This document shows, one piece after another, positions 24,564-36,449 of a stretch of DNA of 64,000 nt. Numbering within the stretch: position 1 is the first letter of the stretch; every line of letters starts with the position of its first letter. The stretch is from Squalus acanthias (taxonomy: Eukaryota): NCBI GenBank assembly GCA_030390025.1, contig CM059432.1:30382001-30446000 (forward strand), written 5' to 3'. The notes below the pieces were generated by a model. That model had not been told where the DNA came from, made no database searches, and worked only from the letters and a program-made list of their open reading frames with translations. The position numbers and the translations under genes are program-made.

Positions 24564-24990
24564 TGTAAGGTTTCCAAAATTTTGCAGATCCCCAAAAACC
24601 TAAGGAAAAAGGACTGTGGAACTACCTCAGAGGGATAAAAATGCATTTGGGCCTAACCTAAGGAATTTAAGATCAAAACCCAAGTTTTGGCATTTTAAAA
24701 CTATGTCTGGGCCTGTAAAGGGACAAGGAGTGGGTTCGACCTCTGTAAAAGCAGTTTTGGTTATTGCAGTTAATTGCACTGTGTTCCCCACCTTTAGAGT
24801 GTTAAGAGTGTTGTCATTTGTGTTTTACCTTTTGAATAAAGATTGAAGTTCTTTTCATCAAACTCAGTTGTCTGCTGCACCTTTTGTCACAACCCCCAAA
24901 TAAGTCCAAGGTCTAGAACCAAGGGAGTGGGAGCGATTCGAACCGCTCAGAAGTCAGAGGTGAAGCTGACACAAACCATCACCCCCTACA
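24564..24990 (+). mobile_element. Putative solo LTR
   Basis: TGTAAG...CCTACA termini, AATAAA at about 24835, imperfect CACC/ACCC flanks; interrupts Harbinger 3' sequence. Confidence 0.5.
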
Positions 24991-25023
24991 ACCCAAGTGA
25001 CTACCCTTGTGACTACTTGTGCA

Positions 25024-26985
25024 TTACGTTCCTCTTATGCGTGCTCCTACGTGGTGCTTCCCCTGTGGCTTCAGCAGATGCGGAGGCCCCTTGCTCACTT
25101 TCTTGCTGCTCCTGTCTCGACACCTTTGGCAGCCATCCTCTGGGTTGCGAACCTGTGAGGTCTCGGCAACAGTCTGCTGCTCCTGCAGCTGTGTAGGGGA
25201 TGAGACGCCCATCTCAGTTGGGTGAGGACTCTGGTGGGACTCTGACCGAGGGCTTTGCAGTGGCATGGTCATGTGAGCGCTTGGAGCGGAGCCCCCACTT
25301 CCTTGTTGTCTGCCACCAACATCCCTCTCATGGGTCAGCCCCACTTCAGAGCTAGCAAGTGGCTTGACAGCACCTTGCTGCACTTCAGGGAGGCCATGAG
25401 GACCCATTTCTGCACTGGAAGTCCTACTCCAGAGGACTTTCATGAAGGTCTGGTTTCTATGCTCAATAGCTGACCATCGCTCCTCAAGAGATGCCAGTCT
25501 ATTCTGAACAATGACCATGTTTTCAACACTCTGGCGACTTAGCTCCTCCATGGCCGTAGCCATCCTCTCCTCTACCATAGCCATTCTTTCCACAGGAGGT
25601 TGCCATCCTTTCCGTGGTGATGCGTTCATGTGCCAATGCCTCCACAGAGGCTCTGCTCATGTTCACAATGGACTCCTCCATTCGCTCCACACTCGCAGCG
25701 ACCCTGGGGACAAACCTGCCAGAGACTCCTGTACCTGTTCCTGGAGTTCCAGCACCGCTCTCCTTCTGGATGGACCCAGAGGCACAGGGTCGACATGCAG
25801 CTGAGCCGACCTGGCAGAGTCCTGCGCCCTCCGACGAGGACTCTCCACTGCTGTCCCTGTCTCCACCATCTGCTGATGCTCACTTGTGAGCTGTGATACA
25901 CCAGGTGCCAACACTACTCTATCTCGCGAAGGTCCCGCCGAGGTGTGAGTGTCTGCGCTGGTGCTGGGTGCACTGAATTCTGCTGACGCTGCGCCCTCAG
26001 AGGTTGCAGCTTCCTCTGAGGAGTCTTGAAGCTCAGGCTGTTCCTCCTGGACAGTGGGGACGGGGGCTGTCGATGGTCCTGTGGGAGAGTAAAGGAAAGA
26101 GTTAGAGATGTGAGGTAAAGGTTGCATGCACATTGAATTGTGCAGATGATCATAAGTCAATCTGTTAGAGCATCAGAATCATTATCAGTCACTCATGCAA
26201 TGTCAATGAGAGAGATGCCAAACTATTCTGTCACCAGCTTGCTGTGATGCGCCCGTCTGTCCGTCCCCCACTTGCGAATCTTCCTCGACACCGGCGATTT
26301 CCAGGGCCGCCTCCTCCGAGGTGGTGAGCTGGGTAACTGAGGGTGGCCCTCCTCCTGTCCTCGCTCTTTCCCTCTTATTCTGGGCTCTCTTTTCCTGCAA
26401 TGAGGGACACAAGTGGAGTTTGAGTGAGAATGAAGGAGTGAGTGTAGAGAAGCATAGCATAGATGCTTAGAAGGAGACAAAGGGCCCTCCCTGTGTGTTG
26501 TAAGTTGTTGTCATTGCATCACAGCGATAGGGAGTGTGAGGGCTGCATGGTCGAATAGTTAAGTGAATGTGACCATAGAGAGAGAGGGAATGGGTAAGGA
26601 TGCAGGGATGTAAGTGTCAAGTGGGATGTGGAGGAAGAGGTTGGCAAAGCAGAGTGCTGGTGAGGAGGGGCGATGGGGATCAGATTGAGGGTGATGGGAA
26701 AGTCATACTCACTTTTCCTGTGCGGAGAAGGTCATGAAACCTCTTCCTGCACTGCAGCCAGGTTCTGCGGCACATAGAGATTGAGTTGACCTCCTGGGCC
26801 ACTTTCATCTACACAGCTTTAGTCTGCTGGGGAGGCTTTTTCCTCCCTGAGGAAGGGAAGAGCACCTCCTTATTTGATCTTGCTCCCTCCACCAGAGCTT
26901 GGAGGGAGGCCTCATCGAACCTTGGAGCACACTTTGGCCTACTGCTGGACATAGTTGCTGAATGAAGCGATCACAACAATGGGCA
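25024..26985 (-). pseudogene. Harbinger Myb/SANT (MSANTD/NAIF1-like) gene, 3 exons, frameshifted
   Basis: Exon 1 ends 26713 (RRTWLQCRKRFHDLLRTGK|GTGAGT); exon 2 26394-26235 (EKRAQNKRERARTGGGPP); exon 3 starts 26078; canonical GT-AG with compatible phases. Confidence 0.78.
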
Positions 26986-29179
26986 TAAATTTTAAAGTCT
27001 CCAGAAGAAGCAAGGCTGCTTGCAGGCCTTAAATCCAGCAGCATTGATGACGTCATCGGAGGTGACTTTCTGTATGGAAAGACTCATTGGGCCAGGGGTT
27101 TCCACACACTGGAAATCAAGTGCCCAATTAGGGCAAAATCGCAATTTTTTCCCACTTCACATCGGAGTCGGGGCCCTGACACGAAAACCACCTGACACGC
27201 CCCAGCCCGTCCCCAATGGCAAAATCGAGCCCAAGGTCTTCAAAGATAGGTGTTATCAGAAGACACTTTCATGCATCTGCTTTGCAAATATAGTCCCTCC
27301 TGTGAGAATTAAGGAAGTGAGTTGGTGAAAGAAGAAGAAGAATAAATGGAGGATACTTTCTTGGTGCTCACACCACATCACCCGTGTCAATCCATCCATA
27401 GATACATGGTCAAGAGCCAGTGCCATGTCGCTACTGGTAGAGCTGCAATAGCACAGGTTGAGTGAAGCACTGTTCTGCACTAACTCGGTCTTTCTCTGGA
27501 CCTTAAGCCCAAGTCTTCTCTTCCTCCTACAATCTGCAGCCTTTTCTTTGACACTGTTTTTGACTTCAGTGGTTCCTACACTGTGGGCCCGGGCCCTGTA
27601 CCTCAGTCTCTCAATTATAAAGAAAAGCAGGTGCAGAAAAAAGTAGATTAAAATCCAAGGTGTTGTTGATAAAATGATTTGATTTAATCTTGGTATCCAC
27701 AGTTTTGAAAATAAAACGGTATCTGTCTATTTATCTATTAATCTATCCATGCATTTGTGTATATCTGTGTCTCAGTCTGTTCTAATCTATTCATCTCTCC
27801 AATATTAAACTTACTTACATCAATGTCACCTCCACAATACACTTTTTCATCTTTAATGGAGATGACAATATTGGGAACAGGCAGCATTGTAAAAAAAAAG
27901 AAATAGTTTTAGGATAATGTCACTCCAAGATCCACATTTTAGTATATTTTCCCAATTGGAAGTAAAATTTACATCTAAGGGAGAGACGTCCGACTCCTGT
28001 CCACCCGTTTCTCACCTGAAAAACGGGCAACCTGCAGTTGATTGTCTTACGGGGGTCATGTGCGTCCATTTGCCGACCTGAATCAACTTTGCCCAAACCA
28101 GGTGGGAGGCTATTTATTTATGAGAATTGGGGTCCTACGCTTGTTGTGGGTCCCCAATTGCAACTTCCAAAGAGAAATGGGCAGAGCATGCACAGTGCAT
28201 GGCAGTCCCATTTCTCCAGGCATTGAGAGGCCTAATCGGTGGTCCTTAAAGCCTCTCCAAAAGGTAAGTTTATGGGGGTTTTCTACTGAAAGATTTTTGT
28301 GGGGTCAGGAGGAGCAGGAGTGTTCCGCCGGGGGTCAAAAAAACCTTCCGGACTTCGGCCGGCACGTTCTTGTCCAACCTTCCGGCATCCATTCCGTCCC
28401 CTCCCCCCCACCGCCCCCCCAAGAATTGCCGGACCTGCCAGCCAGCTCATTTTTCACCAAGGGAAACCAGTGAGCTTCAGCGTGGCGCCTGTTCAGAGCC
28501 TGCAGCTGGCCGACTGCCACGTTGGACGAATGCTGCAGGCACATACATCACCGTATTTCCACCATAACACAATGTCTTCCCTTAACTTTCAGCTATTTTG
28601 ATTCAAAATACATGGACTGAGGACGATCATTAAAATAAGGAAGGGGCAAGTTAGAAGATTTTTTTTCTCACAGAAGGGTACTAAGACATGGAATGCTTCA
28701 CCATAACTAGTTATTAAGACAGAGGACCTGAAATTCCACAAGGGTTTTTTCCTACCATCTATAATACGTATAATTATCTGAATAGAAAGTAAACACTGCC
28801 CTTGACAGTTAAAACAGAGTTGAAATTACATGATTGTAGACTATGACAGGCTATTATAATGTTGTTATGTGTAAAATATATGTGTTAAATTTGAAAATGG
28901 CTGGAGTGAGCAAAGAGGATGTAATTTACTCCAAGATTTAAGATAACAACCTACACAAAACAGCTATTGGACATGACGAGAAGGATGCCCATGTGAGGGG
29001 AATTCTTCCGGCTCGCAGGATCACTTCCATGACTCGGGTGGGCAGGGACCGTGAGGGTTTGACAACATGGGATGTCCCCAGTCCCCTGCTGGGATCCCAC
29101 CTCCCGTGATTGTTCTACTCAGGCTTAACACCCATGTGGACTGCTCTCACACATTTTGTGTGAGAAGCTAATTTAAAAA

Positions 29180-29585
29180 GAATGAGAGGGGATCTCATTG
29201 AAACTTAAAAAATTCTAACAGGACTAGACAGGCTAGATGCAGGAAGGCTGTTCCCGATGGCGGGAGAGTCCAGAACCAGGGGTCACAGTCTAAGGATAAA
29301 GGGTAAGCCATTTCGGACTGAGATGAGGAGGAATTTCTTCACCCAGAGAGTGGTGAACCTGTGCAATTCTCTACCACACAAGGCAGTTGAGGCCAAATCA
29401 TTAAATATATTCAAGAAGGAGTTAGATATATTTCTTAAGGCTAAAGGGATCAAGGGATATGGGGAGAAAGCAGGGACAGGGTACTGAATTTGGATGATCA
29501 GCCATGATCTCATTGAATGGCGGAACAGGCTTGAAGGGCCGAATGGCCTACTCCTGCTCCTATCTTCTATGTTTCTATGTTTCTA
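29180..29585 (+). mobile_element. CR1 3' end, same subfamily as 13511-17275
   Basis: MAGESRTRGHSLRIKG...GYGEKAGTG; TTCTATGT tail. Confidence 0.9.
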
Positions 29586-29970
29586 AACATTTAAATATGC
29601 AAATTATACATGTAAATGTGAGTGCACGTGCTTTTCTGCCATTCAAGGAAGTATGCAGTGCACTCAGCTCACCCATCTGCAGTGGGTGTAGAATAGAGCT
29701 TTCTGCAAAAAGATCCTGGAGGAGCAAAGTCATTTTTATGATTTTTTATTCTTTCTCAATGCTTCTTGATTACTGTGGTTTTTTGAATGTTCTATTTGCT
29801 GTTTCCAGTTTTCTTGGCTTTTCTTTGCTCACGTTTCTTTTTGGCATCAAAAACATGGCTGGAATGTTTCTCTGGATACATAAGTATCTGAATAGTACGA
29901 ACAATGATGAACATCCAGCCTGTCCCACACAACTGCAATTCCTGTGCATCACAATATATCCATTCCCCAC

Positions 29971-30124
29971 CAATGTTCCCGGTAAGCTGTGCGGCCGCGC
30001 AGTGCTCCAGGGACTCCACACAGCCAGCTTGCCGACTTTTCAATGAGAAAAATCGTGCATGCATGCTATTTTGAGTGGCCCGCGCAGCCCTGCATGGCGC
30101 TGAACAAAATTACAGGGAACATTG
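29971..30124. mobile_element. 154-bp hAT-type MITE
   Basis: TIR CAATGTTCCC/GGGAACATTG; perfect 8-bp TSD TTCCCCAC. Confidence 0.85.
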
Positions 30125-30135
30125 TTCCCCACCCC

Positions 30136-30844
30136 ACCCAGAAGTCATGTAATCTCCCGGGAGAGGCTAACGGGGCGCTAACGGGCGCAAAGCAACTAGC
30201 GCCCGGGCGTGGCGCCGCCAACGCCTCCTGCGAAATTCAGCGGGAGGTTAGAGGCGGCAGTAACCGGTAGCGCCCTGCGGCGCAGCGCTGCCGGCGATGA
30301 CGTCATCGCCATGCGCAGTGCCCCGCTCGCGCCCCGTCCGCGATCTTCGGGAGCGCCCCCCTGACTTACCGCCGGATGCTATGTCCGACGGGGTCAGGGG
30401 GGCCTACCTGCGGCTGGGGAGACGCTATTTAAAGGCGAGGTGCGAGGCGGCCATTTTTGTTGCTGGCCGCCTGCCAGCACCTGCCTCCGCTCCCGTCCCC
30501 GTGCTCCTTACCCGCCCCCCCCCACGGCGTGCCAGCTGCGTTCCATGAGCCCTGCACTTCTCTTTTGTGCCGGGCTCTTTTGCCGACACTCCCGATCCCC
30601 GGGGACCCATCTGGGCCCCGGGTCACGCTGCGCAAGGCCCCTCCCCTTTAAGAAGGGGAAGAAGGCCTGCAATGCCGCGGCGCTATGTGGCACTGTGGCA
30701 TGTAGCGCCGCAATATTCCCTCGCAGTGCCCCAAGAGGGAGGCGGGCGCTTCCAGTTGTGCCCCGCTTCCCTTTTGGGGCGCTACCACTCAATTTCCGTC
30801 ACGGAGGCACTAATTTTTCCGGGGCGCTACTCAATTTTTAGCCC
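30136..30844. mobile_element. CpG-rich Harbinger-type MITE
   Basis: Right end GGGGCGCTACTCAATTTTTAGCCC; GGGGCGCTA repeats shared with 20295 and 34593. Confidence 0.6.
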
Positions 30845-31199
30845 ATAAAGTCCCAGGCCATTTAGGGAAAAAACATCTGGAAAATTCCTCTCCGACCCTC
30901 TTAGGCGATTGTAACTAGTCCAGGAGACCACTCTGGCCCTGATTAATGTCGTACCTTTCATGCGAGGTGATCGTTCCAGCCAGAAACAGGTCCAGCTCTC
31001 ACTTGAAGGAAGTCAGCAAAGCAGTGTTCACTGCATAATGTCTGCAAAGTTCCCATGAAGTCGATTGTGACTGAAGCACTTACAAGAATTCAACAGAACA
31101 GGATGATGATAAAAGAAGATCAGACAAGAAAAAGGACCATCACAGTACAGATGTTCACTCATCATTGAGAGAAACTAGCCATCTTACTAAAGCTACAGA

Positions 31200-32000
31200 G
31201 TCTCATGTTTTTTGGCAAGAGGATTTAAAATTAATCACTGGTGTTTCTTTCATTGAAGTGATACAAGATGAAAGAAGGCATGCCAGGGAGATCAGCATGC
31301 ACCCAAGGTAAGCCATTACATCAGCAACAGTACCAACAGGTCTTGCCACACATACCTGGCAATGACCGAGGATAGCTACACTTGCAGGGTCTGGGTCAGC
31401 GCAAAGCCAGTTGCACAGCTTTGCTATCGTCTGCAAGAACACCTGTAGCTAACCTCAAACAAAGGAGAAACACTGCCTGTGCTATCATAATGCGGAGATG
31501 CCGGTGTTGGACTGGGGTGGACAAAAGTGAGAACTTTTGTGCGACTTCTCACTTTTGTGCTATCATAGGCATCATCTACAGAAACAGCCAATGTGTTGCG
31601 CACACATGTATCAAGCAGGTGACTGATGCATTGGTCAGCATTGGCCAGCATTTTCATCTCCTTTCCCACCACGTAGCAACAGGCGCGTGAAAGAGCTACC
31701 CAATGTCACTGCAATCTTTTCTTAAAGTGGGAGGTCATTGATGGCAGTAATGTGGCCGTTTAGTCTGTAGGGTGCTGTTCCTCCTCTGACACCACCACTT
31801 GCTCCTTCTCTCCTGTGTACCTGGTACTACCTTCTCAACCTTAATAATTACATCCTCCAGGATATGCGCAGCTGTGCTGGTGCTTGCAAACATGGGTGAG
31901 AGGAATGTGCAGTATTGCGTGGTGCTGTCTTGTCCTGGACCACTGGCAGTACTGGCAGGCACCTGCTCCAGCCCTATAAATGACAAAAAAAAGCAAATGT
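31200..32000 (-). mobile_element. Old remnant of a Harbinger Myb/SANT gene last exon
   Basis: ASTSTAAHILEDVI resembles TSSDTKTAHVLEDSI at about 59250-59290. Confidence 0.4.
31490..31555. mobile_element. 66-bp micro-Penelope insertion
   Basis: ATGCGGAGATGCCGGTGTTGGACTGGGGTGGACAAAA end shared with 53721; 12-bp TSD TGTGCTATCATA. Confidence 0.8.
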
Positions 32001-32114
32001 TGGCTAAAGACACATCTTCTACTGGAACTCACAATACCAAGTATTAACTGTACATGATGCTTATGTGGCTGTGTGTAGGTCTGTATGGGAGTGAGAAACG
32101 GAATTAGACATAAG

Positions 32115-32877
32115 GGGCCAGAAATTCGGCTCTCCGGTTTCCTGCGGGTGCAAGCATCGCGCGCGTACTTGCCTACCGCGCCTGCAGTTGTGCTTTGGGC
32201 CCACGAGGACGTCGGCTCCTGGGCCTCCTCCAGCTGCCGGCGCGCAGTGCTTGCGTATCCCAGGGGCGCAGTTAATTCGAAGCGTCCCCTGGGATCACGT
32301 GGGCCATGGAGAGCCAATCCTAGCAGGGCATTTTCATTCATAGATTTGACAGGAAGACCTGTCAAATCTATGAATAGAGATCGGCCCCAAAACCACACTT
32401 AAAATTCAAATAAATTTTTAAAAAAATCACATTTTAGAAATAACTATAAGTTACATAAATTAACTACTTTAAACAAAAATTTAAATTTTTGAAAAAATTA
32501 GTTGTACTTTTTAACGGTGCTCAAAATAAACTTACCTTTCTTTAAAGTATCTAAAAAAGATAAACCTGTTGAAAAAATGTTTAAATTGTAATTAATTAAC
32601 CACTTAACTTGTTAAAAACAGGCCTTGCGCCTCCTTTTTAAAAGTGCAGCTTTTCCATACTTACCCTCCTGGAGAAACCTGAAAAACCCCCCGAAGTTCG
32701 CTGCGTGCGCGCAGCCTCTCCCGCGCACGCGTTCGACTTCTGAACCCCTCCCTTCAAGGGAACGGAAGTTCCGGTTTCCCGCGCATGCGCAGTGCATGCA
32801 GGAAACCGACACTTCAGGTGGCCTTACGGGTGAGTACACAGCACGTACTCACCCGACAAGAGCCGAATTTCTGGCCC
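32115..32877. mobile_element. Harbinger-type MITE with AT-rich core
   Basis: Perfect 19-bp TIR GGGCCAGAAATTCGGCTCT; TSD AAG/AAG. Confidence 0.9.
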
Positions 32878-33534
32878 AAGATTTGGACAACTTGTTAACT
32901 TGTCCATTCTTTACACAGATGCTGACTGACCTGCTATGTGTTTCCAGCATTTTCTCTTTTTGGTTTCAGCACTTAGAAATACATTGGTTCATGAAGGATA
33001 GTCAGTTGGATTTGAAGAAGGCAAATCATGTTTGTCAAATTTAATAGGCCTTGAAATTGCTTATTGTTTTCAGTATTTCTGGGGTCTAAAATTGAGACAC
33101 CTCCATATCTTGGCTTGCAAATTGTGGTGGAAACCATTTCTGCTGGTCTTCCGCCCCCAAAATCATTACATCCGAGTTTGCAATCGTTTTTTGAGTCTTT
33201 CCTCAAATCCCCCATGGTGCTTATTTAAATATATCAAATTGAGGGCCAGTGGCATTGCCACAGGAAATTCCAGAAGTTATGTTCTGAGTTTTTTAGGGCA
33301 TTCCTTTTGTCCGGATCATCTGAGACAGGCAGAAGTGAGGAACTTGTGAGCCTGAGGAACTATGAATATTTATCTATGGAATATTGGAGCTGGGAAATAG
33401 GTTTTTGAGTTTTTTTCATAGACATGGGCTGGAACCTGTCAGGGGCAAAAGACACCCGGAATTCCCGTCCAAAACTCCACCCGCCTCCCCCCTCCCCCCG
33501 CCTACGTAACCCTCCCCTGTTAATATCCAGGCCA

Positions 33535-33856
33535 GAGAGAGTGTTTCCACTTGTAGGGAAGAGCAAAACTAGAGTCCATCAATATAAGGTAGTCACTAAG
33601 AAATCAAATAGGAAGTAGAAACTTCTTTACCCAGAGAGTGGTGAGAATGTGGAACTCGCTACCACAGGGAGTATTTGAGGTGAATAGTATCGATGCATTT
33701 AAGAGGAAGCTAGACAAGCGTATGAGGGAGAAGGGAATAGAAGGTTAGGCTGATAGAGTTAGATGAGGAAAGGCTCGAGTGGAGCATAAACACCGACATG
33801 GACTGGTTGGGCCGAATGGCCTTTTTCCGTGCTGTATATTCTATGTAATTCTGTGT
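33535..33856 (+). mobile_element. CR1 3' fragment (subfamily of 12521-21744)
   Basis: Matches 21410-21744. Confidence 0.85.
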
Positions 33857-33894
33857 AAGTTATGCCACCAGGTTATTTCAGGCAGGCACGGGGT

Positions 33895-35010
33895 ATCTGT
33901 GTCCTTTGGTTACTGACCCTTCTGCTATTGGAAACTTTCTCCTATTTTCTCTATCAAAACTTTTCATGATTTTGAACACCTCTATCAAATCTCATCTTAA
34001 CCTTCTCTGCTCTAAGGACAACAGCCCCAGCTTCTCCAGTCTCTCCACATAACTGAAGTCCCTCATTCCTGGTACCATTCTAGTAAATTTCTTCTGCACT
34101 CTCTCTAAAGCCTTGACATCCTTCCAAAAGTGTGGCACCCAGAATTGAACACAATACTCCAGCTGAGGCCTAACCAATGTTTTATGAAGGTTTAGCATAA
34201 CTGCCTTGCTTTTGTACTCTATATGCCTCTATTAATAAAGCCAAGGATCCCATATGCTTTTCAACAGCCGTCTCAACTTGTCCTGCCACCATCAAAGATT
34301 TGTGTACATACCCCCAGGTCTCTCTGTTCCTGCACCCCCTTTAAAATTGTACCATTTAGTTCATATTGCCTCTCCTCATTCTTCCTACAAAAATGTATCA
34401 CTTCATACTTCTCTGCGTTAAATTTCATCTGCCATGTGTCCGCCCATTTCACCAGTCTGTCTGTGTCCTTCTGAAGTCTGTTACTATCCTCCTCATTGTT
34501 TACTACATTTCTGAGTTCGTGTCAGCTGCAAACTTAGAAATTATGCCCTGTATATCCAAGTCAGGGTCATTAATATATATCGAAAAGAGCAGGGGGGCTA
34601 AATTCGGTTGATTTGCGCCGCCCATTAGCACCCTAAGAGGGCACTAACAGGGCGCAAATCAACCAGCGCCTGGGTGCGGCATCGCTAACGCCTCCCGCGA
34701 AAGGGGGCGCTACCCAATTTTTACCCCCAGTTGTCCTAATACCTACCCCTGGGGAACACCATGTATACTTCCCTCCCAGTCTGAAAAACAACCGTTCACC
34801 ATTACTCTTTGCTTTCTGTCCCTTACCCAATTTCGTATCCACACTGCCACTGCCTCTTTAATACCTTGGGCTTTAATTTTGCTAACAAGTGGTACTTTGT
34901 CAAACAGCTTTTGAAAGTCCATATACACAACATCAACTGCACCACGCTCATCAACTCTCTCTGTTACTTCATCAAAGAACTGAATCAAGGTAGTCAAAGA
35001 TGATTTGTCA
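33895..35010 (-). mobile_element. CR1 RT fragment
   Basis: MDFQKLFDKVP, GVPQG, LEYCVQFW. Confidence 0.85.
34593..34727. mobile_element. 135-bp Harbinger MITE
   Basis: GGGGGCTAAATT/AATTTTTACCCC ends, TSD CAG/CAG; related to 20295-21185. Confidence 0.8.
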
Positions 35011-35173
35011 TCTCCAGACTTTGGGACGACCTGAGGTCATGAATAAATGCAAGTTCTTTCTTTAATTAGCAACAATGAAAACATGTACATCTCAGTCAGT
35101 ATTCACAATCTGAAGTGAAGACAATCCAAATTCCAAATGTAATTCTACGACTACGGTGCATCCTGAGGTCGAG

Positions 35174-36449
35174 AACATAAGAACATAAGGAATAGGAGCA
35201 GGAGTAGGCCATTTGGCCCTTCGAGCCTGCTCCGCCATTCAATAAGATCATGGCTGATCTTCTACCTCATCTCCACTTTCCTGAACGATACCCATATCCC
35301 TTGATTCCCTTAATATTCAAAAATCTATCGATCTCTGTCTTGAATATACTCAATACTGAGCCTCCACAGCCCTCTGAGGTAGAGAATTCCAAAGATTCAC
35401 CACCCTCTGAGTGAAAACATTTCTCCTCATCTCAGTCCTAAATGGCCGACCCCTTATTCTGAGACTGTGACCCCTGGTTCTAGACTCCCCAGCCAGGGGG
35501 AACATCCTCCCTGCATCTACCCTGTCAAGCCCTGTAAGTATTTTGTATGTTTCAATGAGATCACCTCTCATTCTTCTAAACTCTAGAGAATATAGGTCTA
35601 GTCTACTCAATCTGTCCTCATAGGACAATCCCCCCATCCCAGGAACCAGTCTGGTGAACCTTCGTTGCACTCCCTCTATGGCAAGTATATCCTTCCTTAG
35701 GTAAGGAGACCTAAACTGTACACAATACTCCAGGTGTGGTCTCACCAGGGCTCTATATAATTGCAGTAAGACGTCTTTACTCTTATCTGATACGAGACTC
35801 CCAAAACAAGCGCTCTACTCGGAGCTCCGACACGGCAAGAGAGCCCCAGGTGGGCAGAGGAAACGCTTCAAGGACACCCTCAAAGCCTCCTTGAAAAAGT
35901 GTAACATCCCCACCGACACCTTGAAATCCCTGGCCCAAGATCGCACAAAGTGGAGGAGAAGCATCCGGGAAGGCGCCGAACACCTCGAGTCTCTTCGCCG
36001 GGAGCAAGCGGAAGCCAAGCGCAGGCAGCGCAAGGAGCGCACGTCAACCCAAGCACCCCACCCACCTGCTCCTTCAACCACCATCTGCCCCACCTGTGAC
36101 AGAGACTGTAGGTCCCGCATTGGACTCCTCAGTCAACTGCAAACTCATTTTTAATGTGGAAGCAAGTCATCCTCGGTTCCGAGGGACTGCCTAAGAAGAA
36201 GAAAATATAATTGCAGTAAGACGTCTTTACTCTTATACTCAAATCCCCTTGTAATAAAGGCCAACATACCATTTGCTTTCCTAATTGCTTGCTGTACCTG
36301 CATGTTAACTTTCAGTGATTCGTGTACAAGGACACCCAGGTCCCTCTGAACACCAACATTTCCCAATCTCTTACCATTTAAAAAATATTCTGCTTTTCTA
36401 TTTTTCCTACCAAAGTGGATAACTTCACATTTCTCCACATTATATTCCA
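35174..36449 (-). mobile_element. CR1 3' fragment interrupted by RTE
   Basis: ORFs 35350-35745 and 36151-36450; (TTCTTATG)n tail. Confidence 0.9.
35787..36204 (+). mobile_element. 5'-truncated RTE LINE with 32-bp TSD
   Basis: Homologous to 4721-5135; CPTC...H zinc-finger-like end; AAG tail; TSD 35755-35786 = 36205-36236. Confidence 0.92.

Larger units (their letters stand above)
23565..27232. mobile_element. 3.7-kb Harbinger derivative: Myb/SANT gene retained, transposase core deleted
   Basis: TIR GGATTCGATTTTGCCA / TGGCAAAATCGAGCCC, flanks AAT/AAG; both ends homologous to MITE 40878-41554. Confidence 0.8.

Noticed and set aside
27240..27650. Possible coding exon on the minus strand
   Set aside because: No recognisable homology or convincing splice-site pair
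29504..30046. 180-aa hydrophobic ORF
   Set aside because: Spans a CR1 3'UTR, T-rich sequence and a MITE; no recognisable domain or splice structure
30297..30848. Overlapping GC-rich ORFs
   Set aside because: Stop-codon depletion in a GC-rich MITE
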